DNA of 64,000 nucleotides from Antedon mediterranea (Eukaryota > Animalia > Echinodermata): positions 16,634,871 through 16,698,870 of the forward strand of contig NC_092676.1 of NCBI RefSeq assembly GCF_964355755.1, given 5' to 3'. The position numbers were made by a program, and so were the translations under genes. Below, one piece after another: positions 49,601 through 61,929 of this stretch. A model generated the notes under the pieces. The model did not search any database and was not told the DNA's origin. It saw nothing but the letters and a program-made list of their open reading frames with translations. Each line of letters opens with the position of its first letter. The first letter of the stretch is position 1.

Positions 49601-52600
49601 TACCGAATTTTTTCCTTACGTAAATTTATATATAGATTATTATTGATCAACAGGTATTTAATCTATACAGTAATGGAAGAAAATATGAAAGAAAATTATC
49701 AGAATCAGATTCTTCAATGAACACATGTAATTCCGACAGTTTGAAAAAGAAAATTGATCGTGCAAATAATGTTTACGTTTTACAACATATTTTTTTTTTT
49801 TTTTTTTTTTATTACATATTTCTATGGTATCAAAAACATATTTTTAATAAACATTTGATTTAAAATTGTGTATTTATATTATACAATTAACTGGTGAAAC
49901 AATGGGCATGATGTGATTTATAATTAAGAGCTATGTTAGATTTTGTGTAAATTTTGCGATTAACCAACACATTTTTATTTTGTTACACGTTTCCATGATA
50001 ACAACGAAAACATACTTTTCGTGTTTTATTAAAAATTGTGTATTTATAGTATACAATTAAATAGTGAAAACAAAAAATGGGCATTATGTGATTCATAATT
50101 AAAGAACTATCTTTGATTTGTATGTATTTTTGCGATAAAACGACAATTTTTTTTATTTATTTTTTTTTATTTTTTTTATTTTTTTTTATTACACGTTAAC
50201 ATGTTAACAAAAACATATTTTTTAATAAAGTTTTGAAGGAAAATGATGTATTTATATTATACAATTAACTGGTGAAAAAATGTGCATAATGTGATTAATA
50301 ATTAAAGAGCTATGTTAGATTTTTGTGTATTATATTACCTTCAAATATTACCTATTTGCATTATGTATTATGATAAAACAATATTTTATGATTTTTTTTT
50401 TTTTGCAAAAGTTTTATAGAACATTATGTATTTACATCAATCAATAACAGTTGAAAAAACTAAGTTGGTACAATTTATGGTTGTCTTACGTGCTGCCCGT
50501 TTGGCCAATATGAACGCCTATCAGAAATCGATGTAAGAATACGATACAACAAAATGTTAATAATACCCCAAAACGTAGTGTGGATTGCCGTATGATATAA
50601 TTATTATAGGTATTATACATTATGTACAATGGAGCTAGGCTGAATTCAAAACTTCACTTGACCGAACTTATGGAAAGGTACACGTTTGTTTGTTTGTGTA
50701 ATTACTAGGCATAGTCGTTTGTAGACGTTAATATAGAAAGTTAGCTTTTATATTTTACTTAGAAGTAGAAGTGTGTATATATTTTTAAAAAATATATAAA
50801 ATAATGTATATTATTAAAACTAGAATTTAACTCGTCACTTTTACCTAATATACTGTGTATATATAAAGAAAATAAACAGTGTCCCAGTAAAATATATCAC
50901 ACCGTAAGGAAAACTGGATACTCGAAGTAATATCTGATACTAAGGTGAAAAATGCTAGTCTGTTATCGCTCGACATACCATACCAATGTGTAATGTGGTT
51001 TGCGATTACTATAGTGCCTGTCTGTTAAAAAATGTTTGTGTCGTTAATATCTTCCTACGAGAGGATTTATGTATGGGCCTTGTAATGTGCGAGTCGTTAT
51101 CGTTTATGTATGGGCCTTGTCGTTGACTAAGGCGAAAGTAAATGTGCCAGTCGTAATCGCACGACATATAAAATTCATGTGCGAGTCGTTATCGCACGAC
51201 ATATAAAATTCATGTGCGAGTCGTTATCGCACGACATATAAAATTCATGTGCGAGTCTTTATCGCACGACATATAAACATTCATGTGCGAGTCGTTATCG
51301 CACGACATATAAACATTCAATGTGCGAGTCGTTATCGCACGACATATAAAATTCATGTGCGAGTCGTTATCGCACGACATATACAATTCATGTGCGAGTC
51401 GTTATCGCACGACATATAAAATTCATGTGCGAGTCGTTATCGCACGACATATAAAATTCATGTGCGAGTCGTTATCGCACGACATATACAATTCATGTGC
51501 GAGTCGTTATCGCACGACATATAAAATTCATGTGCGAGTCTTTATCGCACGACATATAAACATTCATGTGCGAGTCGTTATCGCACGACATATAAACATT
51601 CATGTGCGAGTCGTTATCGCACGACATATAACATTCATGTGCGAGTCGTTATCGCACGACATATACAATTCATGTGCGAGTCGTTATCGCACGACATATA
51701 AAATTCATGTGCGAGTCGTTATCGCACGACATATAAAAATTCATGTGCGAGTCGTTATCGCACGACATATAAAATTCATATGCGAGTCGTTATCGCACGA
51801 CATATAAAATTCATGTGCGAGTCGTTATCGCACGACATATCATGTGCGAGTCTTATCGCACGACATATAAAATTCATGTGCGAGTCGTTATCGCACGACA
51901 TATAAAATTCATGTGCGGGTCGTTATCGCACGACATATAAAATTCATGTGCGAGTCGTTCATCGCACGACATATTATAAAAGTATATGTGCAGGTAATGT
52001 CTGTGTCGTTAATATCTTCCTACAAGAGGATTTATGTATGGGCCTTGTCTTCGACTAAGGCGAAAGTAAATGTGGGAGTCGTTATCGCACGACATATAAA
52101 ATTCATGTGCGAGTCGTTCATCGCACGAAATATTATAAAAGTATATGTGCAGGTAATGTCTGTGTCGTTAATATCTTCCTACAAGAGGATTTATATATGG
52201 GCCTTGTCTTCGGCTAAGGCGAAAGTAAATGTGCGAGTTGTTATCGCACGACCTATAAAATTCGTGTCCGAGTCGTTAATCGCACGACATACAGGGATTA
52301 CAGTATAATATAAGAGTATAATATGTGCGGGTAATGTTTGTGTCGTTAACATTTTCCTACGAGAGGACAACATATGAAAGTAAACAGAAATATATATATA
52401 TATATATATACGTATAAAGTCGGAAAAAACATGTGTTAAATCACAATGGCGGCCGAACAGTTGGCCCTCGTGTAAACTGGAATCACACCAGGAGCCTGGA
52501 CACACCTTAAAACACACTCACATTACCACACATACAGTACATAGGTAGACTTTCCATAAAGGAAAGGGCTGTAGTATTTGTAGTCGTGGAAGTATGAGTA

Positions 52601-52803
52601 GCATCGCATAAGGTGCCGAATTGTTAGAAAACTTACTTGTAAAAATGTTGCTGTGTTAGGATGGAAATCGGTGATGGAAAATAAGGAAAATTGTCTTCAA
52701 CTTAATGTGATCGTGTTAACAGAGAGGATGCTTGATCAAAGAGGTCGAAACCCGCCCTCTCCGTTCTCAAAATAGAATTGTGTTTCCAACCCAATTCTTG
52801 ATT
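46697..52803 (-). mobile_element. Non-autonomous Ngaro/PAT-like tyrosine-recombinase retroelement with split direct repeats
   Basis: Repeat B (215 bp) at 46697-46911 and 47066-47280; repeat A (~120 bp) at 46949-47068 and 52685-52803. Minus-strand order is A1-internal-B1-A2-B2. ATT is shared at both ends and at the internal junction. Confidence 0.7.
51141..51972. repeat. 35-bp minisatellite (~23-24 copies) followed by ~130-bp composite units to ~52290
   Basis: Unit ATTCATGTGCGAGTCGTTATCGCACGACATATAAA, head to tail, with no unique spacers. Confidence 0.95.
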
Positions 52804-52834
52804 ATCTAATTACCGGCCAATATCACTACTTTCA

Positions 52835-54115
52835 GTGTTTTCCAAAATTATTGAAAAACTCATGTATTCTAAACTCTCTGATTATCTCACAAAATTTGAT
52901 ATACTTAATAAACGCCAATATGGTTTTCGAAAAAATCACTCTACATCCCATGCCGTTTTAGATCTTATTAATAATATTACAAATTCATTTGAATCAAAAG
53001 AAAATTTATTAAGTTTATTTATTGATCTTTCAAAGGCCTTCGATGTTATTAATCACGATAATTTAATTAAAAAACTTGAGTGCTATGGAATTAGAGGTAT
53101 TTCATTGAATTGGTTTAATAGTTATTTGAAAGATAGAAAACAATATGTTGCATTAGGATCTTGTACATCGTCGACGATGGATATTACTTGCGGAGTGCCA
53201 CAGGGATCTGTGCTTGGGCCATTGCTCTTCCTTATTTATGTTAATGATCTGGCTAATGTCAGTAACAAATTGCAAGTAATATCCTTCGCCGACGACACCA
53301 CCTTATTTTACTCTAATTCCAATATTGATTTATTATTTACTACATTCAATGATGAATTAACAAAATTTTGTGACTGGTTTATTTCAAACAAATTACTTAT
53401 TAATACTCTTAAAACAAATTATTTAATTTTTCACAATTCTGAACGTAAACTAAAAGTTGATGACCTAAATATACTTCTTGACGGAATTCAAATTGAACGC
53501 AAAACTGAAACACTTTTTTTAGGTGTATATATTCATGAAAACCTCAAATGGACCAGTCATCAAAATTACGTTTCGAAAAAAATATCAAGATCTATTAGTA
53601 TTATTAACAGACTTAAGCACTTCTTCCCTCTAAATATTTTAATTTCTCTTTATAACACACTTGTACTTCCTTATTTCCAGTATTGTAACATTATTTGGGC
53701 TGCAGATTACTCTTCTAATATTGCTAGATTAACTAAATTACAAAAACGTGCAGCTAGAATTATTACTTTTTCACCATATAGAACCTCATCTGAACCCCTT
53801 TGTAAACGTCTTGGTATATTAAAATTAACGGATATCCACAATGTTCAAGTTGCCAGTTTTATGTTTAATTATTTTAAAAACCAACTTCCTATTTCTATGA
53901 TGCTCTGTAAACGTACCAAATTTCACAATTACAATTTAAGAACTTCTCATTTAAACATTCCTTTTGCTAGACTTACTAAAACTAATTTTTTTATAACTAT
54001 ATCAGGTCCTAATTTGTGGAATCATATCCCACCAAATATCAAAACGTCAATATCATTATTTACTTTCCGAAAAAAGTTAAAGAATCATTATATATCTAAA
54101 TATTATACTGCTTAG
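52835..54115 (+). CDS. LINE reverse transcriptase domain (3' part of the interrupted ORF2)
   Basis: QYGFR, FIDLSKAFD, GVPQGSVLGPLLFLIYVND, FADDT, FLGVYI. Confidence 0.85.
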   Translation: MFSKIIEKLMYSKLSDYLTKFDILNKRQYGFRKNHSTSHAVLDLINNITNSFESKENLLSLFIDLSKAFDVINHDNLIKKLECYGIRGISLNWFNSYLKDRKQYVALGSCTSSTMDITCGVPQGSVLGPLLFLIYVNDLANVSNKLQVISFADDTTLFYSNSNIDLLFTTFNDELTKFCDWFISNKLLINTLKTNYLIFHNSERKLKVDDLNILLDGIQIERKTETLFLGVYIHENLKWTSHQNYVSKKISRSISIINRLKHFFPLNILISLYNTLVLPYFQYCNIIWAADYSSNIARLTKLQKRAARIITFSPYRTSSEPLCKRLGILKLTDIHNVQVASFMFNYFKNQLPISMMLCKRTKFHNYNLRTSHLNIPFARLTKTNFFITISGPNLWNHIPPNIKTSISLFTFRKKLKNHYISKYYTA

Positions 54116-54555
54116 TTAATATGCTTATTATCATTATTTATACTCATATACTATTTATGTCTTACACAAAATATTAGTTGTTGTTTATTATTGCAATCTT
54201 TAATTTATACTATATATAATGTATATATAGTATATACTATATATATACTGGAATTATAATTTATGTATACATATTTTTTTTTTCATTTACCAATATCGGT
54301 AGTTATTTCATTTATAATTATCATGAAACTATTGAAATATAATTTAAATAATTTTTATAAAGAAGATGTTAGTTATGTTATTATACTGTAATTTTTTATC
54401 CCAAATTATATAATTATATATTCTAGGTTATTTTTTTTTTTTTTTTTTAGTAATGTGTTTTGTTGTGGGTCCCTACGAGACAAGTTTTTAACTTCTAGAA
54501 GGGATCCATGATAATAATGACTACCAATTACTGCTTTATCTATGTTCACTTCAAT

Positions 54556-56075
54556 ATCTTTTTTCTTCTTTCTTCTTTATTGTATCAAACAAACAACAAT
54601 TTAATACAAAAGGTAGCCAAGGTATAGCCGAAGCTAATCAAGCTTGGTACCTTTTATCTTAACTAACTTAAGCTACAAAATTAACAAATAAATAACAGAA
54701 CTTAAAAGAAAATAAAAATTTGATAACGTCAAAAACAAAACAAAAAATGTTGAATAATAAATAAATAACATAACATAAAGTGCTGTATGTACTATACTGT
54801 AATAAACAAAACCATATCAGTTCAATAGATAATATCTGATGAATTAACAATATATAAAAACATTGTAAATTATAGATTATTCTTTTATATACTTAGATAA
54901 AAGTAATTCTTTAAGTTGTTTAGAGAAAGCAAATCTAGATGTAATTGTTCGTAATTCTAAAGGTAAATCATTCCAAATAACAGCACCAGAAAAGGAAATT
55001 CTAAATCGTCCACAATTAATACGACAAGGGGGAATGGCTAAATTAAAATAATGATTAATTCTTGTATTATATGCATGATCAGTAGTTTCAAAATAATCAG
55101 ATAAACTATGAGGTAATCTATTATTAAATAGATCAGAAACAAATTTAGAAACACATAAGGTATATAGTTTATTTATATCTAATATTTTAAGTAAATGAAA
55201 TAAAGGCAATGAATGTGTTCCAAACTTAGAAAAAGTCATACACCTGACACACATTTTTTGTGTAACTAAAAGGGGTTTTAAATACGAATCATATGTGCTA
55301 CCCCATATCTCAATACCATACATTAGATGTGGCTGAATAAAAGCATTATAAAGCAAGATTAAAGTGTTCCGAGGGATATAGTGCCGTAATTTAAATAAAA
55401 TACCAACCCGCTTCCTTAATTTATTGTTCAAATCAACAATGTGGTCTTTGAATGAAAGAAATTTATCCAAAATAATACCAACAAAAGAAATCGTATCCGT
55501 TTCAGAAATCTTATTATTATTTATCTTGATAGAGCCATTGATACTAATATTTTTATTTCTTGAACGAAAAACAATAAACTTTGTTTTGTCAGTATTAATT
55601 GTTAATTTATTGGCATTACACCAATTAATTACTTTTTGAAATTGTATGTTAATTTCGTCAAGATTTAATATATTTCCAGATAAAGGTTTAAATAGGTTGG
55701 AATCATCAGCAAAAAGTCTAAAATCAAAAAAATCAGTAGAATTTGGCAAATCATTAATATAAATTAAAAACAAAATGACACCGAGCACCGATCCCTGGGG
55801 AACACCACAATTGATGGGCATACTATCTGATATAAAGTTTCCTGAAGACACAAACTGAAATCTGTTACTAAGATAATTAGAAATCCACTGTAGAGGATTA
55901 CCTCTTACTCCGTAGTAATTTAGTTTAGAAATTAAAATGTCATGATTAATGGTATCAAAGGCCTTGGAAAAATCAATAAAAATACCAAGTGCAAACTTGG
56001 AATTGTCTAAGTGAAATTGAAGAGTATTAACTAAATTAATTAAAGAAAGCTTGGTACTATATTTTTTCCTAAAAA
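54556..56075 (-). mobile_element. 5'-truncated CR1-group LINE, tail-to-tail with the preceding LINE
   Basis: ORF 54877-56100 with FIDFSKAFD, GVPQGSVLG, FADDS; 3' UTR ends in AATAAA and an A-rich tail near 54560. Confidence 0.88.
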
Positions 56076-56159
56076 CATTTTCTATTTTGTATATATTCAT
56101 TCATTATTATCTAAATAAATATTATCTGAATCTATTATCTGAATCTACTAAGTTCCTAC

Positions 56160-56715
56160 CGCAGCATACTATCCTTTAGTCACAAAATTGTTCCCTGATG
56201 GTGTGTTCTGGATCAAGGAACCGGCGACGGACAAGTTTTTCCGAAAGGCCAAGCAGATCGAAGGCAAAGACGGACACCGTCTGACCCTTTTTAGTCGCGT
56301 GGACGCGACTCAATAGTTCACTATGTCGGTCTGTCTGTCGGTCCGGTATCACTATGCGTTTTATCGATTTTCTGTACTTTTTGAAAGTTCATTTTTTTAT
56401 GACAACACGCGACTTATGGCTGTTGGCATTGTTTGAATTCTGTTATATATCTGCCGCATCAGAGTACTTTCAAGTCATCCGCTCTCCAAAGGTCTCTTGC
56501 AAGGTGTCTAGTATACCCTTCGGACCATTTGCTACGTTCGGTCGTATCTCCCTCCTAGCTGCGCCTTCCAGGTGTGCGATAATGAAGTCTGCAGCACTTC
56601 GTCCTTGCAGTCCTCTTACCCGTAGTGTAACCCGTACATCTTCACCAAATGTTTCCACTGAACTACCTTCAGATCCAGAGAAGGGGCGTAGTTTTCGTTC
56701 AGGCAGCACGTAGAC
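56160..56715 (-). mobile_element. Gypsy (PNMA-like) gag fragment
   Basis: YVLPERKLRPFSG...AADFIIAHLEGAARREIR...LQETFGE; interrupted downstream. Confidence 0.6.
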
Positions 56716-56859
56716 GGTATTTCCATTCCTGTTAAAAAACGCAGGTTTATACATTAGTAACGTGGTTCTTGAAACCCCCAACGTTCAGGCGGCCTACTTC
56801 TAGTTATTGTTTTGTGGGGAATATTTTATGTACCTGGGCGGTACACTATATCAAATCCG

Positions 56860-57185
56860 AAACATGAAAGTTCGATCCTCCAGCGCCTCATTTTCAATCT
56901 TGCCTTTATGTTGAATGTCAAACATATAGCTGATAACTGATTTCTGGTCAGAGTCTGTGCCTAGCAATTATCTCGTTCGTTGGTTTAAGGTACATACCCT
57001 TCAAAATCCCCTACATAAGAAGTGCACTCTGAAATAGTCTCATAATTTTTGGGCGATACAAAGTTTGTCAGTATGCTGAATTTATCGAGCTCACCTTCGT
57101 CAGGCGCTGTGGGTCCACAAAGATCTCGAATGTTCTGATCCAGTGGATCACATTCTAGCCTCTCTGGTCTGAGAATTCTCTCCAT
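56860..57185 (-). mobile_element. Second Gypsy gag N-terminal fragment
   Basis: MERILRPERLECDP...LTNFVSPKNYETISECTSY, a typical start for a Gypsy lineage. Confidence 0.55.
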
Positions 57186-58199
57186 CGGAATTTGTATAAT
57201 TATCGTTAAACAAGTAGTTGATTAAATTGTAGTGCGATTAGCAATAAATAGAATAGTATTCATCTACCTGTGTAAGGTTTTAATTTACTAAATGTGAACA
57301 ACTTAACATAAACAACAACTGTCGTGATACGAATGATTATGCGCCGAACATTTCACCACACCTTGTTTTAAATCTACGATAGTTTCAGCCAATTCAAGTC
57401 CGTCATGCAATGAATGTTCTGGGTGTGGTTCTAATAAGATCATCATCATCAATCCTCCCTTCCAGGTAGCTTCTTTCTTTGGTTGCTTTCGAGAAAGCTA
57501 CCAAGATCTCTCTTGAAGTATAACCTTTTTGAACTGCATCCTCTATTTGAATGGGAAGAATATTGTCAGCTTCCTTGTCTGGCCCGGCGGCGATTTTTTT
57601 CGTACATAAAGTCCATCGTCTGCCTCACGGGAAAGCACCCGGACCCTTATTCTCTGGCGTTGGTTTCTCACCCATGCAGACGTCACCTGATTTACTGCAA
57701 CTTGAACCTCCTCCGCCGGTGTCGCAAATCCACCGATTATTAGTTTCATGCCCGTCAAAAGTGCTAACCCTTTATCCTCCATTGCGTAATAAATAAATCA
57801 ACACACCTAATTTTTCAGTAAACATGCCCACACGTTTACATGGCAGTAATTTAGATTATGAAACATAAAAATGTGCAATAAAATCTAAAAGCTACATAAT
57901 TATTAAAACTCTATAATACTGTAATTTTGTACAAAAAAATCATTTGTAATTCTATTCTATTCTATTCTTTATTTCAAGCCAACAGTGTAAAACACCAATA
58001 ACAGGTTGAAAATAAAATAACTAAACATGTATAAAGCCAATATAATAAAGTAAATTCGCACATGATCGCAATGTAGGCGCGCCTACCATGCTTCAACAAC
58101 AAATATAGTGAGGTTCATTATCTATCTTACAATGGATATAATACAGTTTGGTAGCAATTTGAATCCACATATATGAAAGAATGTTGCATCACCAAATCG

Positions 58200-58870
58200 T
58201 TGTAGCCAGTAGCCACATGAATAGACCGAGATAATCACCAATCATTTCTCTATTTGTTGGTCCATATTATATAGCTTTCATTTTTTTCTTTTCGCACGTT
58301 GTCATATCGCTTGAACATGCGTCTATGAGTCCAAAAAGTTCAACGTGTGGCCGAAGCCTTGCTTCTGCTTCTACTGATACGATGCCCACATATCTGACCA
58401 TATCAGTGATCCTGGTCTAATCCAGTCGTGAATAATTGGCATCAACGTCGCGTCGTCTCGGCGCTCAACTTTATCATGCTTAGTATCAGGTTGGTAGGCA
58501 CCACAAATCTATTGTGGAATGATGGACCACCTAGCTGCTGTGGATTGTTGATCAAATATGTCACAGCGACATTTCTACAGAATTGGTTCCAGTCAACACC
58601 TTCTTCTGAGAACCGATCCCAATTTCTCTACACACCATTTCGTACGACGGTCCTCTGCTGCTTTCACAATTTGACGACCACAAACACGTTAATCCTATAA
58701 TTTGACACAGTTCCAAATGTTCTTATGCTGATTGGATCTTGCATAAAACCTCTGTATGCACTCAATATTTCAATTGAGACATTGCATTGTACTGTACTAG
58801 CAAAACTCCTATACCTCCGGCACCACTCAATAAGAGCTTCTCTGTTTCGTCTAGAAGTCTGAATCCTATT
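58200..58870 (-). pseudogene. Decayed Merlin (ISXO2/IS1595-like) transposase
   Basis: Hand translation of broken frames gives VDWNQFCRNVAV..NPQQLGGP, VERRDDATLMPIIHDWIRPGSLIWSDMWASY, and GPTNREMIGDYLGLFMW. Confidence 0.7.
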
Positions 58871-60304
58871 TAATACATTATATACAGTATAAATACTATA
58901 CCGCAGGTCCGTTCCCATGAAATAGCACCTCAAGAAAATGTGTCGTTTTTGGTGAAATAACGCACTTTTTGTGTACGGATATGCCGATTTTTATAGTTAC
59001 CGATATTACGCGCAAAACAGAAAATGAATAGTGTTTGGTTTAAACTCTTTTTGCACAATATTTGTCACCGCTAATGACCAAGTGATTTCTGCGTCTTTAT
59101 CTCAAACTATATCGCAGTTCCGTTCCCATGAAATATGAACTCAAGCTGATGTGCCGCTATCTGGATAAAGTGCTTTGATGAAATACCGCACTATTTGTGT
59201 ACAGATATGCCGCATTTCTGTAGTTGCTGATATTACAAAATAATGCATGTTGATTGGTTCAAACTCAATACTTGTCACAGATTATGACTAAGTAATTTAA
59301 TTGGTTTTCTGCATTTTTTTTTCAAAGACCGACTTCAGTCCTCTGTTCTTGTTGCTCCTTTGACGCTCCATAGAAACAAAACTATTCTGCCACTTCAACA
59401 CGGAGATTTTTTTCCATTTCTTAGAGTTGTTTTCTATACTTTATCGTCATTTCCGAAATGTACTATTACAGTCAGCAGTATGTGTAACAGTAAAAACTGT
59501 ACTACTTGTTGAAAACATAAAATAAAACTTTCTCGAACACTTTCATATTCTCTTTAAATAAAACGATGACAAGCATAACATCGGCATATGAGAGAAATAT
59601 GGATTATTCTGTAAATTGAAATAATTAGATATGGTTACCTAAAAACAGTATCCCATTTGAAGTTTACTCACCTAGTCAACGCTCCACTACGGCCCAGGAG
59701 CATCTGCATTCTTTTCGGTCACAGATACATCTTCACAAAAGTTGTCTGGATGCTTCAATGCATATTCAAGAAACCAGTCGGACATATATGCTCATTTTCT
59801 ATTTCTTCCATCCGTATTGTGCAGTAGATCCCAATATTTTTCTGACGCGGTGTCAGCATTACCCCCTAGAAGACCTAATGCTTACATGACAAACACACTA
59901 TCAGCGAATTGGATACATTTTATTTTTATTTTAGTTTTTTTATTTTTAAATAGTAAACAGTATACAAGCAACAAAGACATTATGTATAGTAGAAACTCAC
60001 ACACCGCACTGCATTATAATAGGCCTAATTGTATTCCTTACAATGTGCTAGATCAAATAACATCGGTTGCTGATGGTATCTACTATCTACGTAAGCTACA
60101 TGTTGATTCTCTAGCGTGGTCTATTAGAATCCAATCAGTGTAAAGGTGATTTAGGTATTTGGTATTCCTTATAATGATCATAGTTATGGCATTGGTTGCT
60201 GATGGTATCTGCAAATATCTAGGCTTCTTGGGGTAAGCGCTCTGTACTCGAAATTTAGCGGGGTCTGCCAGCACTAAGGCAGTGCATAGGGGGTCCGTTA
60301 TTAG

Positions 60305-60917
60305 TGTAATATAACGATATACTGTTATATTCAAGAAATCGACCTCTGTATCGGAATTTAAATAGGTTCACAAACTTGACCCAGAAAGTCCGGAGGAGAG
60401 TTTGTCCAGATGTTTTAATGACCATTTAGTTTATAATAGAGTCCCTAAAGAGAACACTTAGCTTAATTTTGTGACTTTCCCATCGTTAAACCAGGAGTGA
60501 TTGACACTATTTAAGTACAGATTTGACAGTGTCATCCATCACAGAAATACCTTATTATACCGTTAATCACTCCCACTTAAACACCCCTGGATCAACTTAG
60601 GACCAATCGTTACCCTCACAGATGATGTAATGACATTATGCAAATGAACTGAGCCAATATACTCCCAAGTTTCAGAAGGGCCCAGACACACCTTACAGCC
60701 ACCTCACGGAGCACACACCTCACAGCCACTTCTTCAGAAGCAGACTAACACACTTCACACCTCACCGACAGCATCATTGATCCTCCGCGTTCCTTATCTA
60801 TACTTATAGTTGTATATTGTACTGAAGTATTATACTGAATAAATAATATATGTGTTACGACAGTCAAGCGAGTAAGAGTCTTTCATTAGTACCTCGACAA
60901 CGCAAAATTATATTACA
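60305..60917 (+). mobile_element. Solo LTR (Gypsy-type)
   Basis: Starts TGTAATATAA and ends TTATATTACA (10-bp inverted termini); 4-bp TSD TTAG; AATAAA at 60838. Confidence 0.8.
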
Positions 60918-61929
60918 TTAGGCTATGTTGTATCACTTACAATGTGCTAGATCATATAATATTGGTTGCTGGTGGTATCTACAATATCTAACATTACCTA
61001 TTTGGAGGAAGGGGCCCGGGAGTCTAGTCAAACTTGGGGGTGTCTGGTACTTGCGATGTAATATTTCATTACCCATTAAGTGTTGTATGAACTCAACTTT
61101 TTCATTTAGCATTAGTTTGGTGAATTTTGTATGAGGATCTCAATGGGCATCCCATGGTGATGAAATTAGGTACGGTACCATCTATCTGGTACCCATTTTT
61201 ACCACCTTTTAAGATCTCCCACGTCTATACGCAGCGGGGGTACCCGGCAGACACTTATTTTTATTGAAATAACCCTCTACACCATCATATACTTTAGTTA
61301 GATATTGGTATCTAGTTTATCCAACTAAATGTCTCTGGGCTGCCGGTCTAGTACTCTAACTTCTCTGTCTGTTTGTTACAACTTATACAGAATAGTATCT
61401 CTACTTCTATGGCCATAGTCCTTACATTGGTTGGTTTATTGTCATGTGGTGAACTCTTTGATGCTTTCTTTTTACAAAATGCAGGATCGCATGCAATAAA
61501 GGATTCTGTAGTCATAACTATGAAGAGGTCTTTCAGACCAGTATACTTTCCACAATTTTCTTTGCAGTAACGGCTGACCTTTTTCATCTATCGGAGATCC
61601 AGCTACTAGGCATTTTCTCAAGCAATCTGTTTTTTTTCTCTGGTGTCATTTAATACACCCAGTGAAGGTATTTTATCCATTGCAGTGCTAAACTGCTTCA
61701 AGTCAAGTTGTTGTAGCTCACTGGCATTCAATCTTAGGCCACTTGTCAAGTTTGTTTCTAAATGCCTCAGCTGAACCACATAAGTATTATTTAAATAATG
61801 AATTCTGTCCAATAATGGAATGTTTTTATTTTCAATAAGGCTCTTAAATGAGACCTTCCAATCTGGATCTGGTTCATGCTACAGATATTGTTTCGATATA
61901 ACTGAGTTATTACATACTGCTGAAAATCG

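Larger units (their letters stand above)
43936..54530 (+). mobile_element. CR1-group (Crack/Daphne-like) LINE ORF2 split into three pieces by two insertions
   Basis: APE endonuclease at 43950-44268 (LHLNIRSI, IIGISETWL, GGGVA) and 45481 onward (IYRAP, MGDFNID, TLIDH, SDHLPIF); linker to 46699; RT from 52804 (NYRPIS) to 54115; 3' UTR stem-loop at about 54464-54509. Confidence 0.9.

Noticed and set aside
51141-51972. CRISPR-like array of 35-bp palindromic repeats
   Set aside because: The units are contiguous with no unique spacers, there are no cas genes, and the context is eukaryotic; it is a minisatellite.
51322-52308. Repetitive ORFs of 161 aa and 131 aa
   Set aside because: These are read-throughs of the tandem repeat with GTG starts and are broken by unit-length indels.
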